From: an uncultured Candidatus Saccharibacteria bacterium
Lineage (GTDB): Bacteria; Patescibacteriota; Minisyncoccia; Phycocordibacterales; UBA9973
DNA length: 64,000 nucleotides
Direction: 5' to 3'
Assembly (NCBI GenBank): GCA_964473175.1
Contig: CAYYNN010000002.1
Location: 4,563-68,562, forward strand
Position 1 is the first letter of the stretch, and every line of letters begins with the position of its first letter. Below, one piece after another: positions 58,215 through 64,000 of the stretch. Position numbers and translations under genes: made by a program. The notes under the pieces are model-generated. The model made no database searches, had not been told where the DNA came from, and worked only from the letters and a program-made list of their open reading frames with translations.

Positions 58215-58529
58215 TTACTCTTTTTTCTTATCGAGTTTGTCCAACCCGAGGGCCTTGATCCCAAAGTATACAACTGCAGCAATGATGATGAAGTCGATGA
58301 TAGTAGAGATAAATGCACCCCACTTGATGGACGCTGCGCCAATCATTGTCATCTTGTCTGCAAGGTCGACTTTGCCCAATGCGAGTCCGACGAGAGGGTT
58401 AACAATGTTGTCCACTAGTGAGCTTACAGTCTTTGATACTGCACCGCCGAGTATGAACCCAATAGCCAGTCCGACAACACCTTGCTCACGAATGAAGTCC
58501 ATGAAGCCTGTAAGTTTGTGTTTGATCAT
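58215..58529 (-). CDS. mscL: Large-conductance mechanosensitive channel
   Basis: F..FI...GVVGLAIGFILGGA...VSSLV.NI..P, WGAFI..IIDFIII. Confidence 0.9.
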   Translation of the reverse strand: MIKHKLTGFMDFIREQGVVGLAIGFILGGAVSKTVSSLVDNIVNPLVGLALGKVDLADKMTMIGAASIKWGAFISTIIDFIIIAAVVYFGIKALGLDKLDKKKE

Positions 58530-58537
58530 ATAAAAAA

Positions 58538-58891
58538 TTATAGCACAGAGTGTTCGACGGTGATGCCGCTATCAAAATCATCTTCCAACTCACGTTTTGT
58601 TAATGTAAGTTTTATATGTTGAACTCGCGGTATGAGACAAATCTTTGCAATAATGCGATCTGAAAGTGTTTCGATAAGGTGAACAGAAGGTCCCTCGATA
58701 ACACCACGTGCAATCGAGACTACTTTCCTATAGTCAAACACATGTGCGATATCGTCAGTTGTAATGGCTTGTGATATATCACCAACGTCAATTTCAATAT
58801 CAAGCTTGAATTCTTTGGGTTTGGCAGTAGGGAGGTGGGCACCATGTGTGCCGACGATAATAAGGTTGTGAACGAAGATTGTAGAAGACAT
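58538..58891 (-). CDS. folB: Dihydroneopterin aldolase
   Basis: IFVHNL...HG, TDDI...DY, LIETL, LTK motifs. Confidence 0.75.
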   Translation of the reverse strand: MSSTIFVHNLIIVGTHGAHLPTAKPKEFKLDIEIDVGDISQAITTDDIAHVFDYRKVVSIARGVIEGPSVHLIETLSDRIIAKICLIPRVQHIKLTLTKRELEDDFDSGITVEHSVL

Positions 58892-59083
58892 AGAGCAATA
58901 AAAACTGTGGTGTATATTGAACGAAGTTCGAATGTATTTTGAATTGAATCCTGATGAACAATGATGCGCGCCTCGTCCGCTCCGCGTTCTGTGGTAACTC
59001 AAAGAATATGGATTGTACTAGGCACAAACAAGTCTGTACGTGCTTGCCTACATCATTTCTTTAGGAACAAATTCTGGACTGTT

Positions 59084-59938
59084 TTAGTTAATCAAGCAAG
59101 GTGTGTCGTGATAAGTTGTCTCTTTAGTAACAAGTGATAACTCACCACTAAAGCATTTATTCTGATTTTGGTCTAAAGTGCCAGATACAGAGATAAACGC
59201 TTCACCGCCTTCACCAGCGAACGGGTAACCTGATTTTTCTGCACCTTCTTTATTCCAGAAATATTGAAAACCCTGGTTTTGAACTTTCGCACCAGTGTCT
59301 TTCAAATTATATTTATCAACAAAAAAGTTCAACGCTTCACTTTGGCTATTGAAAAACAATTTGTCGCGAAGATTAACAGTTGACACCCCTATTCGTCCGG
59401 ATTTTGTAGGATCGCTCTCAAGAGGAAGGGTATCTGGTGAAATAGTTGGTGGAACACCAAGGGTCATACTGTCTATTTGATTTACTGTTAACCAATCTTT
59501 TTTGACTGCATATCTTACTGTCAATTCGCAAGTGTTACCTACTGGTCGCAGAGATACGGCAGTGGCAGTGATATAAGAATTAAATTCTGAATCAGAAAGA
59601 TTGTTTTCCTTTTTAAATGTTTTTCCCCAACCGTCAAAATATGCTTTTGCACTGTAATTAATCAAGTTACCACAATCGTTACTTAATGAAGGATTTTGAG
59701 TTAATGGTGCAGTTGGACTTGGTGATCGGGTAGGCGAAGGAGTTGGAGTTTGGCTAGGAATTTTAGTATTTGTCTGTTGTTCATTTTGATTTGATGACTG
59801 TGTTTTAGTATCAACGACAATAGGTGCTTCTGTTTTTTTATTTTTGTAAATATAAACACTGCCCCCGACTACCAATGCTACAATAATCACTAGAAGTAAT
59901 GGCACAATAAAACCTTTTTGTGAGTTTTTCATATTCAT
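59084..59938 (-). CDS. Prepilin-like (class III signal-like) surface protein
   Basis: MKNSQKG/FIVPLLLVII leader without Glu5; Pro/Ser/Thr linker; four Cys. Confidence 0.7.
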   Translation of the reverse strand: MNMKNSQKGFIVPLLLVIIVALVVGGSVYIYKNKKTEAPIVVDTKTQSSNQNEQQTNTKIPSQTPTPSPTRSPSPTAPLTQNPSLSNDCGNLINYSAKAYFDGWGKTFKKENNLSDSEFNSYITATAVSLRPVGNTCELTVRYAVKKDWLTVNQIDSMTLGVPPTISPDTLPLESDPTKSGRIGVSTVNLRDKLFFNSQSEALNFFVDKYNLKDTGAKVQNQGFQYFWNKEGAEKSGYPFAGEGGEAFISVSGTLDQNQNKCFSGELSLVTKETTYHDTPCLIN

Positions 59939-59948
59939 AATTATATTG

Positions 59949-60044
59949 TTATTTTAATAAATCCTCAATAGGAACGCTTAACGACTTGGAGATTTTTTGA
60001 ATTGTTTGAACACTTGGTTTTATAACAACGTCACCCTCAATTTT
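59949..60044 (-). pseudogene. C-terminal half of an XRE-family HTH regulator
   Basis: Reads KIEGDVVIKPSVQTIQKISKSLSVPIEDLLK*; no start codon before the tRNA-Ser 3' end. Confidence 0.7.
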
Positions 60045-60046
60045 TG

Positions 60047-60133
60047 CGGAAGCGGTGAGATTCGAACTCACGGTCCCCTTACGAGGACTCCTGTTTTCAA
60101 GACAGGTGCATTCGACCACTCTGCCACGCTTCC
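60047..60133 (-). tRNA. tRNA-Ser(UGA)
   Basis: GGAAGCG acceptor, CCTGT-CTTGAAA-ACAGG, long variable arm, discriminator G. Confidence 0.94.
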
Positions 60134-60217
60134 AAACGTTACTTCAGTGGTATCGAAGTAGTGCCACTGTACCATACAGAATATGGATTTTCAACGGTGC
60201 TATGGTAGTCTTTTTGT

Positions 60218-60607
60218 ATGAAATATCTTGGCATAGATTTTGGGACGAAAAGGGTAGGGGTGGCAATCTCTGACGATGATGGTTCTTTTGCATTTCCAAA
60301 GGCGATAGTTGAAAGCGAAAAGGCGATAGAGCAGATAGCGACGCTATGCAAAACAGAGCTTGTTGGAGCCATTGTTATTGGAGAATCAGTTGCGAGTAAC
60401 GGAGAGCCAAACAAACTTTTGAACGCAATCAATACATTCAAGGCAAGGCTCACTGTTGCGACGACACTCCCTATATTTTCTATACGAGAAGATTTCTCAA
60501 GTGTGGAGGCACATCGCTATCAGATAGATGCAGGCAAGAGAGATGATAGTGCGGCAGCAATCATACTCCAACGGTATTTGGATAGATTGGATAAACAAAA
60601 AAAGTAG
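60218..60607 (+). CDS. ruvX: Holliday junction resolvase-like / pre-16S rRNA nuclease YqgF
   Basis: YLGIDFGTKRVGVAISD, EDFSS.EA, DDSAAAIILQRYLD. Confidence 0.92.
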   Translation: MKYLGIDFGTKRVGVAISDDDGSFAFPKAIVESEKAIEQIATLCKTELVGAIVIGESVASNGEPNKLLNAINTFKARLTVATTLPIFSIREDFSSVEAHRYQIDAGKRDDSAAAIILQRYLDRLDKQKK

Positions 60608-60621
60608 CATAGAATTTATAT

Positions 60622-60954
60622 ATGGATCACATCACTATCGACGAATTTAAAAAAGTTGAAGCCCGTATCGGAAAGGTATTAGCGGCTGAAGCAGTAGAAG
60701 GATCAGAAAAACTGATCAAACTTAGTTTGGATTTTGGAGAAGAAACACCACGGCAAATACTCTCGGGTATCAGGGAATGGTACACACCAGAGAGTTTGAT
60801 AGGGAAGCAGTTGTTGTTTGTCACAAACCTCGCACCTCGATCTATGATGGGACTTGAAAGTAATGGTATGTTGATGGCGGTCGATGGTGTAGATGGTGCG
60901 CCAGTATTTATCGTACCAGAAACAGAGGTTGTAAGCGGTGCAAAGGTGCGATAG
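60622..60954 (+). CDS. Stand-alone tRNA-binding OB-fold protein (MetRS C-terminal/Trbp111/CsaA-like)
   Basis: ITIDEF.KVE.RIGKV, RQILSGI, NLAPRSMMGLESNGM. Confidence 0.88.
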   Translation: MDHITIDEFKKVEARIGKVLAAEAVEGSEKLIKLSLDFGEETPRQILSGIREWYTPESLIGKQLLFVTNLAPRSMMGLESNGMLMAVDGVDGAPVFIVPETEVVSGAKVR

Positions 60955-60981
60955 TACACAACTTAGCTTATACTATACCTA

Positions 60982-62226
60982 GTGTCGTCACGACGTTTCA
61001 ATACAATAGATCCTATTTTCTCCGATCATGTCGGTATTGATTTTGATACACGGAGCGTGCGAGTCATAAAACTCAAGCGAAACAATAAGGGAATGATACC
61101 GGTCTTGCATCGAACATTTTCATGGCCAGACGGAGTTGTTGTTAATGGCATCATTACTGATAAAGCAAGAGCTGTTACGTTTCTGAAACAGATTAAAAAA
61201 TCATGCAGTATTCATCGCGCATACGCATCGTTGCCAGATACGGTAGTAGCAACAGAAATGATATTACTGGCGCACAATTCGTACAAAACAGTACGACAGG
61301 GAATACAAAAACATTTCACCGATACCGGGATAACCAAAGTATTTTTTGATCATCGAGTGCTTGGCAAAACTCCTGCAGGTATGGCAGTACAAGTGGTGTC
61401 AGTTGCAAAAGATGTGCTAGACGGATACCTCTTGGTTACTTCACATGCGGGTATTGCACTGGTTGGTATCGAGCCTCGGCATGCAGCACTTGCTCGCGCG
61501 ATAACAAAAAAGGGAGAAGAGTATTTTATTCTCGTTGATATTCACGGTACGAGAACGTCGGTCAGTGTATTGGCAAAAGGAATTCCGATCATGACAGAAG
61601 AGGTTCCGTTTGGGGGACGCGATTTGTCGCAAGTGATCAGTAAGGTACACGGCATTGATACCAAGCAGGCGTGGGAACTCTTGGAAACGCACGGTGTGTC
61701 AACTGACGGTGAAGGTAAAAAAGCATTTCAAGAACTTGGAGAAGCATTGGTGATTCTCGAAGATCTGGTAAAACGTGCTGCAGCATATTGGCACGAACAA
61801 AAGACTTGGCACGCTAACCATATACCGATCAGCCGTTTTCATCTTTCTGGAGAGGCGAGTACAGTGCCCGGTCTTGCAGACTATCTCAGTGCGACGCTCA
61901 GACACGAAGTACTTCAAACTAATGTGTGGCAAAACTGTTTTTCATTCCAAGATGTTATTCCAGATATTTCAAGAGATGAAGCTGCGCCGTATGCAGCAGC
62001 AATCGGGTTAGCACTCGCGCCTGCACCATCGGATATTTCGTTGTTACCCAAAGCATCGGAGCATGCAATGGTGCGCAAGGAACATCGGCTGCACATCTTA
62101 CACAAGATAGGTATTATTATCATCACCACGATACTTGCTGCTGGACTCGCGGCAGTGTGTGTACTGGTGTATCAATATATAGTGGAGAAAAATACTTCAC
62201 AAAATACTAGCTCGGTGGTACAGTAG
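60982..62226 (+). CDS. PilM-like actin-fold protein with C-terminal PilN-like motif and TM
   Basis: VGIDFD, LVDIHG..TSV, PFGG..L, LSGEAS.VPGL, YAAAIGLAL, then ISLLP + TM. Confidence 0.75.
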   Translation: MSSRRFNTIDPIFSDHVGIDFDTRSVRVIKLKRNNKGMIPVLHRTFSWPDGVVVNGIITDKARAVTFLKQIKKSCSIHRAYASLPDTVVATEMILLAHNSYKTVRQGIQKHFTDTGITKVFFDHRVLGKTPAGMAVQVVSVAKDVLDGYLLVTSHAGIALVGIEPRHAALARAITKKGEEYFILVDIHGTRTSVSVLAKGIPIMTEEVPFGGRDLSQVISKVHGIDTKQAWELLETHGVSTDGEGKKAFQELGEALVILEDLVKRAAAYWHEQKTWHANHIPISRFHLSGEASTVPGLADYLSATLRHEVLQTNVWQNCFSFQDVIPDISRDEAAPYAAAIGLALAPAPSDISLLPKASEHAMVRKEHRLHILHKIGIIIITTILAAGLAAVCVLVYQYIVEKNTSQNTSSVVQ

Positions 62227-62245
62227 CTTTGCGCCCCTAGAGAAA

Positions 62246-62317
62246 GCCCCCGTAGTTAAATGGATATAACTGCGGACTTCTAAGCCGTTATTGTAGGTTC
62301 GATTCCTACCGGGGGCA
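62246..62317 (+). tRNA. tRNA-Arg(UCU)
   Basis: GCCCCCG acceptor, CTTCTAA loop, GGTTCGATTCC. Confidence 0.92.
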
Positions 62318-62332
62318 CAATATATAGAGCAT

Positions 62333-62405
62333 GCGCTCTTAGCTCAGTTGGTAGAGCAGCGCTTTTACACAGCGAAGGTCGGGGGTTCGAATCCCTCAGG
62401 GCGCA
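62333..62405 (+). tRNA. tRNA-Val(UAC)
   Basis: GCGCTCT acceptor, TTTACAC loop, GGTTCGAATCC. Confidence 0.93.
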
Positions 62406-62410
62406 CAAAT

Positions 62411-63121
62411 ATGGAAAACCTACATATCAAACCATTTGAAATTAAAAAAGTTCAAAAAATAGTCGAGTCGAGAGAAACAGAAGCTTTGGTGGAATGTATT
62501 GAATCTCTTGAAATTCATGCAGTATCTATTGGTGAAGGAGGAAATGCTGAAGTTATGGCTATTGAAGAAGGGTCATTTTCTAAGGTTTGTTTGAAGCGAC
62601 TTAAAGAAATGCCACAAATAGATTGTAATTCTATTGATCGAGAAAATGAACTACAAGGTTTGGCAAGAAAAGCAGGTGTTCGTACACCACTCACATTAAT
62701 TTCTCTTGAAACAGACAACAATAAGTTTCTTATAATGGAAAAGGTTATTGGTTGCACGGTAGAAGAGGTACTTGCAAAACCATCAAATCTTCCTGAAAAA
62801 TATTCTCATGAAGAATTCATGAAAGATTTGGATGAACAGATTATTAAAATGCACAATGCAGGAATTTATCACAGGGATCTCCATAGTCGAAACGTTATGA
62901 TAAATGAGGAAGGACTTCCGGTGATTATTGATTTTGGAACAGCTATTGAAGGTTCAGGAAGTGATTCTACATATGAGGAAATGGCGAATGTGTATAATCC
63001 GACAAAAGGTAGATATGAACTAGTGGCAGGGAAGTTCAAAGACGATAAAGATATGGTGAGAAATCTTAAAAGCGCCATGGCGCCACTCATGCTACAAAGG
63101 ATATTGACAAAATCTAATTAA
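62411..63121 (+). CDS. Protein kinase-like protein
   Basis: IGEGGNAEV glycine loop, CLK, HRDLHSRNV, IIDFG; likely start MENLHIK (the longer ORF overlaps the tRNA). Confidence 0.85.
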   Translation: MENLHIKPFEIKKVQKIVESRETEALVECIESLEIHAVSIGEGGNAEVMAIEEGSFSKVCLKRLKEMPQIDCNSIDRENELQGLARKAGVRTPLTLISLETDNNKFLIMEKVIGCTVEEVLAKPSNLPEKYSHEEFMKDLDEQIIKMHNAGIYHRDLHSRNVMINEEGLPVIIDFGTAIEGSGSDSTYEEMANVYNPTKGRYELVAGKFKDDKDMVRNLKSAMAPLMLQRILTKSN

Positions 63122-63149
63122 TAAATATAATAATAACAAATCATACCTT

Positions 63150-63362
63150 ATGTATATAGGAGAACAGTACAAAGAAATAGTCGAAAACGCATATGCAACC
63201 GCAAAGACTACCAATCAAAATGAGCTCATTTTGGATGAAAAAGTACTCGGTGGCATTAAGTTGTTTATTGGAAAAAAACCAAAATTTACTCTCGGATCAT
63301 TCGTTATGGAGGATGGTGAGATTGTGTATATTGGTGAAGAGGTAATAGGAACGGTTTCTTAA
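63150..63362 (+). CDS. Small hypothetical protein
   Basis: 70-aa ORF after TTGACA-16-TATAAT. Confidence 0.5.
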   Translation: MYIGEQYKEIVENAYATAKTTNQNELILDEKVLGGIKLFIGKKPKFTLGSFVMEDGEIVYIGEEVIGTVS

Positions 63363-63387
63363 TTTATTAAGGAACCGTTTATTTTTT

Positions 63388-64000
63388 ATGCATATCGATA
63401 TTTTATTAGAAACAACTGATTTCATCGTCATCAACAAACCCGCAGGTCTCCGCACCCATGGTGATGGTAAAAGTGACGTGCCGACAGTCGTCGACTGGAT
63501 ACTACGCGAGCGACCAGACATTGTCGGGGTTGGGGAGAATATGGAAGTCGATGGCAAAGTGATTGAACGGCCTGGTATCGTGCATCGACTTGATGAAGAA
63601 ACATCAGGTGTGTTAGTCATCACTAAAACTCAGGCAAGTTTTGAATATTTAAAACAACAATTTAAAGATAGGAAGGTGGAGAAAGAATACCATGCATTTG
63701 TATGGGGGCATTTTAAAGATCGTACTGGTATTGTGGACGCGGCAATCGGGCGAAGTAGTGGAGATTTCAGACGATGGCTTGCAGGACGAGGTACCAGAGG
63801 AGAAGTGCGTGAGGCGTTGACCAAATGGGAAGCAGTAATACAGTTTGTTGATGAGTCTGGTGAGCAGTTTTCATTCATGTATCTCTGGCCCAAAACCGGG
63901 CGCACTCATCAGTTGCGTGTGCACATGAAATACCTGCAGCGACCTATTGTTTCAGATAGTTTGTACGCGACTACTAAACCCAAAGCATTAGGGTTTGGTC
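63388..64000 (+). CDS. RluA/RluD-family pseudouridine synthase (runs off the window)
   Basis: VINKPAGL, RPGIVHRLDEETSG, TGRTHQLRVH. Confidence 0.93.
   Translation, partial: MHIDILLETTDFIVINKPAGLRTHGDGKSDVPTVVDWILRERPDIVGVGENMEVDGKVIERPGIVHRLDEETSGVLVITKTQASFEYLKQQFKDRKVEKEYHAFVWGHFKDRTGIVDAAIGRSSGDFRRWLAGRGTRGEVREALTKWEAVIQFVDESGEQFSFMYLWPKTGRTHQLRVHMKYLQRPIVSDSLYATTKPKALGFG

Larger units (their letters stand above)
58902..60046. mobile_element. Decayed integrative-element remnant at the 3' end of tRNA-Ser
   Basis: AT-rich cargo gene, truncated XRE-HTH gene abutting the tRNA, orphan C-terminal-like peptide at the other end. Confidence 0.45.

Noticed and set aside
62348-62410. Kinase start at 62348
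   Set aside because: This stretch is tRNA-Val; ATG 62411 is the plausible start
1-64000. CRISPR array, rRNA genes, IS transposases, prophage structural genes
   Set aside because: No regularly spaced repeats or recognisable motifs were seen by eye
1-64000. Alternative genetic code 25 (UGA=Gly)
   Set aside because: Conserved genes are full length under code 11, and dnaA and tsaE end at TGA at the expected positions

Overview
Chromosomal segment around the replication origin (yidC-yidD-rnpA-rpmH | dnaA-dnaN, DnaA boxes on both sides of dnaA) of a small-genome bacterium. It uses genetic code 11 (TGA stops). Gene content and style suggest Patescibacteria/CPR, probably Parcubacteria; this is an inference. 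The window holds housekeeping genes (xth, xerC/D-like, rpsO, comM, pcrA/uvrD, rsmA, PBP1A, tyrS, ruvABC, polA, tsaE, rpsT, mscL, folB, ruvX, rluA-family), five tRNAs and scattered type IV pilus genes. It also holds a ~15 kb co-oriented envelope locus next to oriC: a VirB4-like ATPase, a PrgI/VirB3-like protein, a giant VirB6-like protein, a pilin-like/lytic transglycosylase fusion and several Cys-rich secreted proteins, with no relaxase, VirD4 or integrase in view. Other notable signals: (1) about 30 core genes have a -10 box roughly 6-10 nt before the start codon and no Shine-Dalgarno (apparent leaderless architecture), while orphan genes have full -35/-10 promoters with leaders; (2) a 23-bp-stem structured RNA candidate between ruvB and pilB; (3) a decayed integrative element at tRNA-Ser; (4) a GspL-like PilM-PilN fusion; (5) a tRNA-Arg with a GCG anticodon. 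All calls come from manual motif reading; no database searches were run.
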